Part shown: positions 19,083-28,903 of the stretch, one piece after another
How the letters are laid out: each line of letters starts with the position of its first letter
Numbering within the stretch: the stretch's first letter is position 1
Assembly (NCBI GenBank): GCA_028694995.1
Contig: JAQVJU010000001.1
Span: 173,318-237,317 of the forward strand
Origin: Minisyncoccota bacterium
Lineage (GTDB): Bacteria > Patescibacteriota > Minisyncoccia > UBA6257
Direction of reading: 5' to 3'
Length of the DNA stretch: 64,000 nucleotides
The notes under the pieces: generated by a model
What the model was told of the DNA's origin: nothing
Database searches by the model: none
What the model saw: only the letters and a program-made list of their open reading frames with translations
Translations under genes and position numbers: made by a program

Positions 19083-20342
19083 ATGAAAATTTTTGCTGAT
19101 TTTCACATTCATTCTAAATATTCCAGGGCAACTTCTCAAAGTATGGATCTGGAGCATATTTTTGAATCGGCTCAAAGAAAAGGAATTAATGTGGTAGGCA
19201 CTGGAGATTTTACTCACCCAGAATGGTTAAAGGAATTAAAGAATAAATTAGAGCCAGCAGAGCAAGGATTTTATAAATTAAAAAACGCAAAAGAAGGAAA
19301 GAATAAAACCAGGTTTGTAATCACTGGAGAGATTTCTAATATTTATACTCGGCATGGTAGAGGACGAAGGGTGCACAATCTTATCATTCTTCCATCTTTA
19401 GAAGCTGCGGAAAAGATAGCTAATCGACTTTCCTGGCAAGGAAATATTAAATCAGATGGTCGGCCAATATTAGGAATGGATTCAGAAGAATTATTGAAAA
19501 TTGTAATGGAAGCAGAATCAGAAGCTTTATTTGTTCCAGCTCATATTTGGACACCATGGTTTGGAGTTTTAGGTTCAATGTCAGGATTTGATAGTTTGGA
19601 AGAAGCTTATGGAGAGAATGTTAAATATTTAGCTGCTTTAGAAACAGGGTTGAGTAGTGATCCTTTAATGAATTGGCGTCTTTCTGCTTTAGATAAATAT
19701 GCGTTGATTTCTAATTCAGATGCTCATTCGCCAAATAATTTAGGCAGAGAGGTAAATGTTTTTAATACAGAATTAAGTTATTCAGCTATTAGTCAGGCTA
19801 TTAAAGAAAAAGACCCTCAGAAGTTTTTGTTTACGATTGAGTTTTTTCCTGAAGAAGGAAAATATCATTATGATGGTCATCGTTCATGTAAGGTAAGAAT
19901 GTCACCTCAGGAAACAAAAAAAGCAGGAGGTATTTGTCCCCAATGCGGTGGAAAATTAACTGTTGGTGTTTTATCACGGGTTGAAGAATTAGCAGATAGG
20001 CCTGAAGGATTTAAGCCCCAAGGGGCCATTCCTTATAAAAGTTTAGTACCTTTGGCTGAGATTATAGCTGAGGTTTTAGGAGTTCAATCTAGAACAAAAA
20101 CAGTAGAAGAACAATATCAAAAGTTAATCAATCAGTTTTCTAATGAGTTTACTGTTTTATTAGATGCTGATTTAGATGAAATGAAAAAGGTTGTTGATTT
20201 GGAAATTGCACAAGGAATAGAAAGAGCAAGAAAAGGAGATTTGATTATTGAGCCTGGCTATGATGGAGAATATGGTAAAATTAGATTATTCAAAGAAGGA
20301 AAGGAAACAGTTAAACCTCAAAACCAGCTTTTTAATTATTAA
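19083..20342 (+). CDS. PHP-domain nuclease of the endonuclease Q (EndoQ, TIGR00375) family with a C-terminal zinc ribbon
   Basis: FADFHIHSKYSRATSQSM, VVGTGDFTHPEWL, RRVHNLIILPSLEAAE, FVPAHIWTPWFGVLGSMSGFDSLEEAYGE and ISNSDAHSPNNLGREVNVF align with archaeal EndoQ motifs. The C-terminal HRSCK...CPQCGG ribbon also fits. Confidence 0.6.
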   Translation: MKIFADFHIHSKYSRATSQSMDLEHIFESAQRKGINVVGTGDFTHPEWLKELKNKLEPAEQGFYKLKNAKEGKNKTRFVITGEISNIYTRHGRGRRVHNLIILPSLEAAEKIANRLSWQGNIKSDGRPILGMDSEELLKIVMEAESEALFVPAHIWTPWFGVLGSMSGFDSLEEAYGENVKYLAALETGLSSDPLMNWRLSALDKYALISNSDAHSPNNLGREVNVFNTELSYSAISQAIKEKDPQKFLFTIEFFPEEGKYHYDGHRSCKVRMSPQETKKAGGICPQCGGKLTVGVLSRVEELADRPEGFKPQGAIPYKSLVPLAEIIAEVLGVQSRTKTVEEQYQKLINQFSNEFTVLLDADLDEMKKVVDLEIAQGIERARKGDLIIEPGYDGEYGKIRLFKEGKETVKPQNQLFNY

Positions 20343-20347
20343 AAGTT

Positions 20348-20695
20348 ATGGAACAAACATTATTGGGGTATTTTTTTAAAAAAATTGGTTTTTATACCTT
20401 AGATTTTATTCAAACCTACTTTATCAATGGCCATCATTTTGTTTTTGGTCTTTATCAAAGCTTGTTTTCTAAATTAGAGCATCGAACAGGATTAATAGTG
20501 AATTTTCGTTACTTGGCTGTGCCTCTTTGGCAGGAATATTCTTTGGTAGCATATTTAGTTAGTGTTCCTTATCGTATAATGAGAATGTTCTTTGGAGTTA
20601 TTGTTTTGATTTTATTAACTTTAGTTTTTTCAGCAATTTATATCTGTTTAGCTTTTTTGCCTTTTTATTTAATTTTTAAAACAATTTTTTATTAA
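20348..20695 (+). CDS. Small hypothetical membrane protein (2-3 TM)
   Basis: Hydrophobic, 115 aa, immediately upstream of the membrane-anchored Clp-like ATPase. No recognisable motif. Confidence 0.4.
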   Translation: MEQTLLGYFFKKIGFYTLDFIQTYFINGHHFVFGLYQSLFSKLEHRTGLIVNFRYLAVPLWQEYSLVAYLVSVPYRIMRMFFGVIVLILLTLVFSAIYICLAFLPFYLIFKTIFY

Positions 20696-20727
20696 TCAGG
20701 TTTTTTAAGAATTTTCATTGTTAAATT

Positions 20728-23271
20728 ATGGAAAAAGAAAACATTAATTTAGAAAAAAACAAAGAAAAAAGTTTGTATTTTGATGATGCTTTTTTCTTTT
20801 GGTCTTTTTGGACAAGGTTTTTATACAGAATAATTTTTAATGTTTTTCTCTACTTGGGATTGATTTTTTCTTCTTTTACTTTGATTCTTCAGATAGATCG
20901 TTGGCATTATATAATGATTATTATTTTTCTGTTTTTTGTTTATATTTTTATCAAACAAAACCAATCGGCTTTATTGATAACCGAAAGAAATATATCAAAA
21001 CAAAAGGTTAATGTTGCTTATTTCTTAACACCAAAGGCAAAAAATGTTTTAATAGAAACTCAAAAGGTTGCTCTTAATCATGATTTGTCATTAGTGATGG
21101 CTTTACTTTGGGTGTTAATAGCGCAAAAAGACACAATAGAGTCTTTGGCTTTTTTGGATATTTCTTTTTCAGAGATAAAAGAGATAAAAAAATACATTGA
21201 AGAACAAAAAATTAAAAAGAGAGAAAAGATTGATAAAGAAGAATATTCTCTGTTTTTAGAAAATATTTGTCAAAGAGCATTAAAAGAAGCAATGAGCTTA
21301 AAGAGAAATTCTATTAATATTGATTCTTTAATGTTATCTCTTTACTCAATTAATGATCCTCAACTAGAAGCTTTTTTCAATTTTTTTCATTTAGAAAAAG
21401 GTGATTTATTTACTGCTTTTGAAATGGAGCGTCTTTCTAAAGAAAAAGGCATTGAGGTATTAAAAGGTTTGGCTGATAAAAAACAATTAAGTTTTCAACC
21501 GAAGAGAATAAAAGTTAATCGGTCGCTTACTTCCAGGCCAACTCCACTTTTGGATTTCTTTAGCACTGATTTTACAGAATTGGCTTTGAAATTGAAGATT
21601 GGCATTATGATAGGTCATGAGCAAGAATATCAGAATATAGTTGATATTTTAAATCGACCAGGGCAAAGAAATGTTCTTTTAGTTGGGCCAGTTGGCGTGG
21701 GTAAAGAAACAATAGTTTCTTACTTAGCTTTAAATTTAGCTCGGGATAAGGTGCCAGTTGGTTTACAAGATTATCGTCTTTTGAATTTGCCTCTTTCTTC
21801 TATGTTTGAAGATATACAAGAGCCCATGGAGGTTTTTAATCGTTTAACAAAAATTACAAAAGAATTAATAGTTAATCAGGATATTATACTTTATTTACCT
21901 CAATTTCATAATTATAAATCTTTAGCTCAAAAAGGAGGCTATAATGCCCTTGATGCTTTTCAATCCCTTTTTAAAGCTGCTTGGGTACCAATTATTGCAG
22001 CCACAACCCCAGAAGATTATAATCGTTATCTAGAATCAGATTCTATTATCAAAGAGAATTTTGAAGTAATAAAAATCAAGGAGATAACTCCTGAAGAAGC
22101 TATCACCCTTTTATCATTTCGTTCTTTAGAGTTGCAACGAAAAACTAAAATTAAAACCAGCTTTAAGGCAATTAAAAGAGCAGTGGCTTTGGCTCAAAGA
22201 TTTTTAACCACTACTCCTTTGCCTGTTTCAGCAGAATCTTTAATCACTGAAGCCTTAGAAGGCGCCCGACGAAATCATAAAAAGATAGTTAAAGAACAAG
22301 ATATTGTGGATCTGGTAAGTTTAAGAACTCAGATTCCTTTAGATATTTCTTCTGATGAAGAAAAGAAAAAATTATTGAATTTAGAACAATTAATACATGA
22401 GCAATTAATCAATCAGGAATTAGCAGTTCAATTGGTAGCTTCTGCCTTACGGCAATATCGGGCTGGTCTAGGCAATATTAACAAACCGATTGCTGTTTTT
22501 CTTTTTGTAGGACCAACTGGAGTAGGGAAAACAGAATTAGCTAAAATATTAGCTAGAACTTACTTTGGAAGCGTGAAAACAATGATTCGTTTTGATATGG
22601 CAGAGTATCAGGATAAAAAAAGCATCTATCGGTTTATTGGTAGCCCTGATGGTAATGTTAGTGGCGCCTTAACTCAAGCAGTGAAAAATGATCCTTTCTC
22701 TTTGATTCTTTTAGATGAATTTGAAAAAGCGCATCAAGATGTTTTAAATATCTTCTTAGCGCTTTTTGATGAAGGAAGATTAACAGATAATTTGGGAGAA
22801 ACAGTTGATTTTACCAATACGATTATTATTGCTACTTCTAATGCACTTTCTGATTTTATTAAAAATGAGATAGAAAAAGGAGTGGGAACAGAAGAATTAT
22901 CAGAAAATCTTAAAAAAAGATTAACCAATTTCTTTAAACCAGAGCTATTAAATAGATTTAATGAAGTTGTGGTTTTTAAACCTTTAATCCAGGAACATTT
23001 AAGAGAAATTGTAAAATTAAAATTAAAAGAACTTACAAGTTCTTTAATGAAAAACAAAAAAATAGAATTGTCTTTTGGGCAAGGAGTTGTTGAAAGATTA
23101 GCTCAATTAGGTTATAACCCAATATTTGGTGCTAGGCCTTTAGATGCAGTAATCAGGCATCATATTAAAGATAATTTAGCTAGAGCTATTTTAAGAGAAA
23201 AAATAGGGCCCAATAGTAAAGTGTCTTTTGTTTTAGACAAAAACGAATTAAAGGCAATAATACAATCCTAG
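20728..23271 (+). CDS. Membrane-anchored Hsp100/Clp-like double AAA+ ATPase with a degenerate first nucleotide-binding domain
   Basis: Two N-terminal TM helices and a Clp_N-like region. D1 has Walker A GPVGVGKE (T to E), Walker B replaced by IILYLPQFH (DE to PQ) and Arg-finger region KENFE, so it is predicted inactive. D2 is intact: [17 protein letters not shown] and sensor-2 GARPLDAVIRH. There is no long ClpB-type M-domain. Confidence 0.75.
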   Translation: MEKENINLEKNKEKSLYFDDAFFFWSFWTRFLYRIIFNVFLYLGLIFSSFTLILQIDRWHYIMIIIFLFFVYIFIKQNQSALLITERNISKQKVNVAYFLTPKAKNVLIETQKVALNHDLSLVMALLWVLIAQKDTIESLAFLDISFSEIKEIKKYIEEQKIKKREKIDKEEYSLFLENICQRALKEAMSLKRNSINIDSLMLSLYSINDPQLEAFFNFFHLEKGDLFTAFEMERLSKEKGIEVLKGLADKKQLSFQPKRIKVNRSLTSRPTPLLDFFSTDFTELALKLKIGIMIGHEQEYQNIVDILNRPGQRNVLLVGPVGVGKETIVSYLALNLARDKVPVGLQDYRLLNLPLSSMFEDIQEPMEVFNRLTKITKELIVNQDIILYLPQFHNYKSLAQKGGYNALDAFQSLFKAAWVPIIAATTPEDYNRYLESDSIIKENFEVIKIKEITPEEAITLLSFRSLELQRKTKIKTSFKAIKRAVALAQRFLTTTPLPVSAESLITEALEGARRNHKKIVKEQDIVDLVSLRTQIPLDISSDEEKKKLLNLEQLIHEQLINQELAVQLVASALRQYRAGLGNINKPIAVFLFVGPTGVGKTELAKILARTYFGSVKTMIRFDMAEYQDKKSIYRFIGSPDGNVSGALTQAVKNDPFSLILLDEFEKAHQDVLNIFLALFDEGRLTDNLGETVDFTNTIIIATSNALSDFIKNEIEKGVGTEELSENLKKRLTNFFKPELLNRFNEVVVFKPLIQEHLREIVKLKLKELTSSLMKNKKIELSFGQGVVERLAQLGYNPIFGARPLDAVIRHHIKDNLARAILREKIGPNSKVSFVLDKNELKAIIQS

Positions 23272-23283
23272 GTTAATAAAAAA

Positions 23284-23628
23284 TCACTGGATATTTTCCA
23301 GGATTTTTTTAAAGAGCGCAGGATGTTTTTCTGCTAATTCAGCTAAAACTTTACGATCAAGGATAATTTTTTTATCCTTTAAATCTTTAATAAATTTATT
23401 GTATTTTAAACCTTCAGCTTTTAAAGCAGCATTGATTTTTATTTGCCAAAGCTTTCTGTTTTCTCTTTTCTTAATTTTTCTATCTTTAAAAGCATTGGTC
23501 CAAGCATGCAATAAGGCTTCTTTAGATAGGCGGTATTTGCTTTTACGGCCATAACGAAAACCTTTAGTGTGTTTTAAAAGGTTTTTTCTTCTTTTTCGGG
23601 CAATAGTGCCTCTTTTAACTCTAACCAT
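23284..23628 (-). CDS. rplT: 50S ribosomal protein L20
   Basis: MVRVKRGTIARKRRKNLLKHTKGFRYGRKSKYRLSKEALLHAW... Confidence 0.95.
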   Translation of the reverse strand: MVRVKRGTIARKRRKNLLKHTKGFRYGRKSKYRLSKEALLHAWTNAFKDRKIKKRENRKLWQIKINAALKAEGLKYNKFIKDLKDKKIILDRKVLAELAEKHPALFKKILENIQ

Positions 23629-23651
23629 AATAAAATTTGCTTCTTTTAATA

Positions 23652-23825
23652 TTAAGAATGTTTAAGAATAGATTTCTTTTGTTTTTTTACCAAAATTGGT
23701 CTTAACCTCCTTCTTTTAATCTTAGTGGCATCTTTGGCTTTAGTATGTCCTAGATGACTAGAGCGTCTGATAATTTTACCTTTTTTGGTTTTTTTTAATC
23801 TTTTACGGAATAATTTTACTCTCAT
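23652..23825 (-). CDS. rpmI: 50S ribosomal protein L35 (57 aa; below the ORF-track length cut-off)
   Basis: My manual minus-strand translation gives MRVKLFRKRLKKTKKGKIIRRSSHLGHTKAKDATKIKRRRLRPILVKKQKKSILKHS. Its ATG overlaps the infC stop (ATGA), which is the classic infC-rpmI-rplT operon arrangement. Confidence 0.85.
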   Translation of the reverse strand: MRVKLFRKRLKKTKKGKIIRRSSHLGHTKAKDATKIKRRRLRPILVKKQKKSILKHS

Positions 23826-24295
23826 TGTTTTAATACTATCATTAAGCCTCGAGGGACTTTTTTTAATGGTTGAATGACTTTATAAGGAATAGTGATTTTT
23901 TTACAAAAATTATCTATTTTTTCCTTAGCTAGATCAAAATGAGCTTTTTGTCTGCCTCGCAATCTCATTTCAATAGTAACCGCTCTGTTTTCCCCAAGGA
24001 ATTTTTCTATTTTTTTTATTTTTACATTAAGGTCATGTTCGCCTTCATTAAATCCGATGCGAATGGATTTTTGAGTAGTTTGTTTCTCTTGCAGTTTTCT
24101 TTTTTTTAATTCTTTTTCTTGTTGATATTTTAATTTACCATAATCGCCAAGTTTATAAATCGGAGGTGATGCTTTATCCGTAATTAAAATTAAATCAAAT
24201 CCTTTTTCTGTAGCTATCTGAGAAGCTTGTTCAAAGGAATAAACGCCTAATTGTTGTCCTTTTTCGTCTATGAGACGGATTTCTTTTGAGACCAA
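23822..24295 (-). CDS. infC: Translation initiation factor IF-3
   Basis: VSKEIRLIDEKGQQLGVYS...GFDLILI. Translation appears to start at a TTG codon (24293-24295). IF3 genes characteristically use non-AUG starts. Confidence 0.9.
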   Translation of the reverse strand: MVSKEIRLIDEKGQQLGVYSFEQASQIATEKGFDLILITDKASPPIYKLGDYGKLKYQQEKELKKRKLQEKQTTQKSIRIGFNEGEHDLNVKIKKIEKFLGENRAVTIEMRLRGRQKAHFDLAKEKIDNFCKKITIPYKVIQPLKKVPRGLMIVLKQ

Positions 24296-24318
24296 ATTAA
24301 AAAAAGTTTAGCAGTTAA

Positions 24319-24693
24319 GGTGGAGAAGGTGGGAGTTGAACCCACGTCTAAAAAGAGTTTTTAAATACTTCTACAAGTTTAGTTTATCTTTGATAGTTTT
24401 TAAGAAAAGAGAATAAACAAACTTTTCTTAAAACTTTCCGAACAAAATTCAATTAATTATTAGTCGGAAACGCTGACAATTAATCTATCTCAATGTTTTT
24501 TATCCTTTAAACCTATTGAGAATTTGTTTAAAGAATTTCCCTTTAGGGAATAACTTAGCCTAGGCGATTAGGCATAGGCATAAGCAGGTTTGAGATTGGC
24601 ATTTATAGATGCCTTCTTGGTTTTTACGAGCTAACAAGAATTCCTCGACTTGCGTATTTAAAAATTATCTTTTTATCGAATCCCGTCATCCCC
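24319..24693 (-). ncRNA. ssrA: tmRNA (SsrA), about 375 nt
   Basis: The minus-strand 5' end GGGGATGACGGGATTCGA and the 3' end GACGTGGGTTCAACTCCCACCTTCTCCACC form a tRNA-like acceptor and T-arm. An internal tag reading frame reads ...GCC AAT CTC AAA CCT GCT TAT GCC TAT GCC TAA. It lies directly downstream of smpB. Confidence 0.85.
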
Positions 24694-24704
24694 TCAAATT
24701 GGCT

Positions 24705-25154
24705 TTAATAATCTCCTCGCTTAGCCCTGTCAATTTTTCTTTGAGTTTCTCTTTTTTTGATTGATTCTCTTTTATCAAATTTCTTTTTTCCTTTGGCTAA
24801 AGCTAATTCTACTTTAATCAAGCCGTGTTTATTATACATTCTTAAGGGTATTAAAGTCAAGTTTTTTTGTTTTAATTGACCGGAAAGAGAAGCAATCTGT
24901 TTTTTATGAAGAAGCAATTTTCTGGTTTTATCAGGTTGATAAGAGGCATTAACATTTTTAGGTTGATAAGGGGGAATAGAGAGATTTAAAAGGAAAATTT
25001 CATTATTTCTGATAATGGCAAAACTGCCAGCTAAATTTGCTTTACCAGATTTAATGGCTTTAATTTCTGTACCAGAAAGGACAATTCCTGCTTCAAATTT
25101 TTCTAGGATTTCATAATCAAAAACAGCTTTCTTATTGAAAATAAAATCTTTCAT
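24705..25154 (-). CDS. smpB: SsrA-binding protein SmpB
   Basis: FDYEILEKFEAGIVLSGTEIKAIKSGKANL, RKLLLHKKQI and KVELALAKGKKKFDKR. Confidence 0.9.
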   Translation of the reverse strand: MKDFIFNKKAVFDYEILEKFEAGIVLSGTEIKAIKSGKANLAGSFAIIRNNEIFLLNLSIPPYQPKNVNASYQPDKTRKLLLHKKQIASLSGQLKQKNLTLIPLRMYNKHGLIKVELALAKGKKKFDKRESIKKRETQRKIDRAKRGDY

Positions 25155-25243
25155 AATTTTATATTATGTTTATTATATCACAATATGTTGTTTTTTTGAG
25201 GTTTTTGCAGTAAACTAAAGGCAAATAAAGGTAAAGAGATTTT

Positions 25244-28132
25244 ATGGAAGATGTTCTCGAGTTTATTAAAAATGAAAAACAAGTTTTAGATTTTTGGCAA
25301 AAAAATAAAATTTTTGAAAAATCAATTGAACAAAGGCCTAAAGATAAGGCATATGTTTTTTATGATGGACCTCCTTTTGCCACAGGTTTGCCTCATTATG
25401 GGCACTTGGTAGCTTCTTTGATAAAAGATACAGTGCCGCGCTATTGGACAATGAGAGGTTTTCGTATACAAAGACGCTGGGGTTGGGATTGTCATGGTTT
25501 GCCTATTGAATGCATGATCGAGCAAGAATTAAATCTTAAGAATAAAAAGGATATAGAAGATATTGGTATTGATAAGTTTAATTTTGCTTGTAGGCAAAGT
25601 GTTTTGAGATATGTTGATGAATGGCAAAAAATTATTCCTCAAATTGGCCGTTGGGTAGATATGGAAAATCCATATAAAACAATGGATTTTGAATACATGG
25701 AAACTGTTTGGTGGGCTTTTAAACAGTTATGGGACAAAGGATTGATTTATCAAGGATATAAAAGCATGCATATTTGTCCTCGTTGCGGCACCACGCTTTC
25801 TAATTTTGAAGTTGGTTTAGGATATAAAGAAGTTAAAGATATTGCAATTACCTTAAAATTCAAATTAATAAATCAAGAAAATACATATATCTTAGCCTGG
25901 ACCACAACCCCTTGGACTTTGCCAGGTAATGTTGCTTTGGCTGTAGGTAAAGATATTGAATATGTAAAAATTAAGATAGGAGATAATTATTATATCTTAG
26001 CAGAAAAAAGATTAGAGATTATCAAAGAAGAATACAAGATTATAGAAAAGATAAAAGGAGAAAAATTAGTTGGATTAAAATATGAACCATTATTTGATTA
26101 TTTTAGCAAACAGAAAGATTTAGAAAATAAAGAAAATGGTTGGAAGATTTATTCAGCAGATTTTGTTTCTATAGAAGAAGGTACCGGAGTGGTTCACATT
26201 GCTCCAGCTTTTGGTGAAGATGATTTAAAATTAGGACAAATAAAGAAATTACCTTTTGTTCAACACGTTGATGCTGATGGTCGATTTATTAAGGAGGTAC
26301 AGGATTGGGCTGGAGAAGAGGTAAAGCCAAAAAGAAATCCTTTAGAAACTGATAAAAAAATTGTTCAAAAATTAGAAGAACAAGGAAAGGTATTTATTCA
26401 AGACACTATAATTCATAAATATCCTTTTTGTTGGCGCTGTGATGCTCCTTTATTAAATTATGCTACTTCTTCTTGGTTTGTTCAGGTAACAGCAATCAGG
26501 GATAAAATTATTAAAAACAATCAGAAAATTAATTGGGTGCCAGAACATATTAAAGAAGGGCGTTTTGGAAAATTATTAGCTGAGGCTCCTGATTGGTCAA
26601 TTTCCCGTTCTCGGTATTGGGGAGCGCCAATTCCTATCTGGCAATGTGAAGAATGTAATGAGTTAAAAGCCATTGGTTCAGTTGCTGAATTAGAAAAATT
26701 AACTAATCAAAAAGTAAAAGACTTGCATCGTCCTTTTATAGATGAATTTACTTTTAAATGTGAAAAATGCAATGGAATAATGAAGAGGATTCCTGAGGTT
26801 TTGGACTGTTGGTTTGAATCAGGTTTAATGCCATATGCTCAGGTTCATTATCCTTTTGAAAACAAAGAATTCTTTGAAGAAAATTTCCCCGCTCAATTTG
26901 TAGCTGAAGGAATAGATCAAACTAGAGGTTGGTTCTATACCTTAATGGTTTTAGCCACAGCTTTATTTGATCAGCCAGCATTTCTTAATATTATTGTTAA
27001 TGGCATTGTCTTAGCTGAGGATGGGCAAAAAATGAGTAAACGTTTGAAAAATTATCCTGAGCCAATAAAGATAATAGAACAATATGGTGCTGATGCGATG
27101 CGGCTCTATTTATTAACCAGTCCAGTAGTCAGGGCAGACGATTTACGTTTTTCTGAGAAAGGAGTTGAAGAAGCTCTTAAGAAAAATTTAATTATCTTAT
27201 GGAATGTTTTTAGCTTTTGCAAACTCTATTCTTTGAAAAGAATGAAAGATATTGATGAAAAACAATATCAATCTCTTCATGTTTTAGATAAATGGATTTT
27301 GTCCAAATTAAATAGTTTGAATAAAGATATAACAGAGGCAATGGAAAAATATGATTTATTGCCAGCTATAAAATCAATAGAGGCATTTATTGAAGATTTG
27401 TCCATTTGGTATTTACGAAGATCACGTCAGAGATTTAAAGAAACCAGAGAAAAAGAGGAAATTCCTTCTGTTTTAGCGCAAGTTCTTTTTACCCTAAGCA
27501 AATTAATAGCTCCTTTTGCTCCATTTATGAGCGAACAACTATATCAAGGCTTAAAAGAGAAAGAAGAGCCAATCTCAGTTCATCTTTGTGATTATCCAAT
27601 ACCCAAGGAAGAATTAATAAATAAACAACTTGAAAAAGAAATGGAAAAAGTACGAGAGATAGTATCATTAGCTTTAGCAGAAAGAATCAAAGAAAAGATA
27701 AGAGTGAGGCAACCTTTAAATGAATTAAAGATTAAAAACAATGAATTAAAAGGCAAAGAAGAATTATTAGAATTAATTAAAGAAGAGATTAATATTAAAA
27801 AAATTACATTTGATGAAGAATTGTCTCAACAAATAGAAATTGACACTAAAATCACTCCAGTACTGAAAGAAGAAGGAATTATTCGGGAATGTTCAAGACA
27901 AATCCAGATTATCCGTAAGAAAAATAATCTATCAGCTAATGATGAGATATTGGTTTGTTTCCAAGGCGAGAGTTCATTAATGCAGTTATTGAAAAAAAAC
28001 GAAGAACAGATGAAAAAAGAATTGAGAATTAAGCAGATAAAATGGGAAAAAACAGAAGAATTTGAGATTGAAGAAAATTTAATTCTTGATAATAAAGAAA
28101 TCATTATTTATCTTAAAAAAGCCAAGGATTAA
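25244..28132 (+). CDS. ileS: Isoleucyl-tRNA synthetase
   Basis: HIGH motif PHYGH, GWDCHGLPIE, WTTTPWTLPGN, KMSKR, and zinc-knuckle cysteines. Confidence 0.95.
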   Translation: MEDVLEFIKNEKQVLDFWQKNKIFEKSIEQRPKDKAYVFYDGPPFATGLPHYGHLVASLIKDTVPRYWTMRGFRIQRRWGWDCHGLPIECMIEQELNLKNKKDIEDIGIDKFNFACRQSVLRYVDEWQKIIPQIGRWVDMENPYKTMDFEYMETVWWAFKQLWDKGLIYQGYKSMHICPRCGTTLSNFEVGLGYKEVKDIAITLKFKLINQENTYILAWTTTPWTLPGNVALAVGKDIEYVKIKIGDNYYILAEKRLEIIKEEYKIIEKIKGEKLVGLKYEPLFDYFSKQKDLENKENGWKIYSADFVSIEEGTGVVHIAPAFGEDDLKLGQIKKLPFVQHVDADGRFIKEVQDWAGEEVKPKRNPLETDKKIVQKLEEQGKVFIQDTIIHKYPFCWRCDAPLLNYATSSWFVQVTAIRDKIIKNNQKINWVPEHIKEGRFGKLLAEAPDWSISRSRYWGAPIPIWQCEECNELKAIGSVAELEKLTNQKVKDLHRPFIDEFTFKCEKCNGIMKRIPEVLDCWFESGLMPYAQVHYPFENKEFFEENFPAQFVAEGIDQTRGWFYTLMVLATALFDQPAFLNIIVNGIVLAEDGQKMSKRLKNYPEPIKIIEQYGADAMRLYLLTSPVVRADDLRFSEKGVEEALKKNLIILWNVFSFCKLYSLKRMKDIDEKQYQSLHVLDKWILSKLNSLNKDITEAMEKYDLLPAIKSIEAFIEDLSIWYLRRSRQRFKETREKEEIPSVLAQVLFTLSKLIAPFAPFMSEQLYQGLKEKEEPISVHLCDYPIPKEELINKQLEKEMEKVREIVSLALAERIKEKIRVRQPLNELKIKNNELKGKEELLELIKEEINIKKITFDEELSQQIEIDTKITPVLKEEGIIRECSRQIQIIRKKNNLSANDEILVCFQGESSLMQLLKKNEEQMKKELRIKQIKWEKTEEFEIEENLILDNKEIIIYLKKAKD

Positions 28133-28201
28133 TATTTTCTTGTCTTAATGAGTTTTTTGTGATAATCTTTAAAAGCTAAATTTTAAATTAGAGATAATAT
28201 T

Positions 28202-28435
28202 ATGGCAGTGCCATCACGTCATCATAGTCGTTCACGAGTTAACAAGCGCCGTTCACACATGGCTCTTAAATTGTCAAATTTGATAAAATGTTCTCATTGC
28301 GGAGAGAGGATTTTACCTCATCAAGTTTGTCCTTTTTGCGGTTATTATAAAGAAAAAGAAGTAATTGATGTTTTTAAAGGTTTGACTAAAAAAGAAAGAA
28401 AAAAGAAGCAAAAAGAAATTGAAGAAGAAAAATAA
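28202..28435 (+). CDS. rpmF: 50S ribosomal protein L32
   Basis: MAVPSRHHSRSRVNKRRSH plus a CxxC...CxxC zinc ribbon. Confidence 0.85.
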   Translation: MAVPSRHHSRSRVNKRRSHMALKLSNLIKCSHCGERILPHQVCPFCGYYKEKEVIDVFKGLTKKERKKKQKEIEEEK

Positions 28436-28447
28436 AAATATTTAATT

Positions 28448-28903
28448 ATGGGTTCGCGTCATCTTTCTCGCTCTATTGTATTACAAACTCTTTATGAATG
28501 GGATTTTTGGAAAAGAGAAAAGAAAGATGTTCAAAAAATCTTTGAAAGAAATCTTGAATCATTAAGCAGTGGTTTAGTGGATAAACTCTATCCTCAAAAA
28601 CTCCTTGAGGGCATTCTAGATAATTGGGATAAATTAAACAAATTGATAGTTTCTGGCGCTCCTGAATGGCCTCTAAATCAGATTAATATTATAGATCGAA
28701 ATATCTTACGGATTGGGATTTTTGAATTATTATTCAGTGATGCAAAAGAAGTGCCGCCTAAGGTTGCGATTAATGAAGCGGTTGAATTGGCTAAGACTTT
28801 TGGTGGTGATTCATCACGCCGATTTGTTAATGGGGTTTTGGGAACTATTTTTAGAGAAATGGAAACAGTTTTAGATAAAAAACAAGCTAAGGAAAATTTA
28901 TAA
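28448..28903 (+). CDS. nusB: Transcription antitermination factor NusB
   Basis: [17 protein letters not shown] and RFVNGVLG. Confidence 0.8.
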   Translation: MGSRHLSRSIVLQTLYEWDFWKREKKDVQKIFERNLESLSSGLVDKLYPQKLLEGILDNWDKLNKLIVSGAPEWPLNQINIIDRNILRIGIFELLFSDAKEVPPKVAINEAVELAKTFGGDSSRRFVNGVLGTIFREMETVLDKKQAKENL

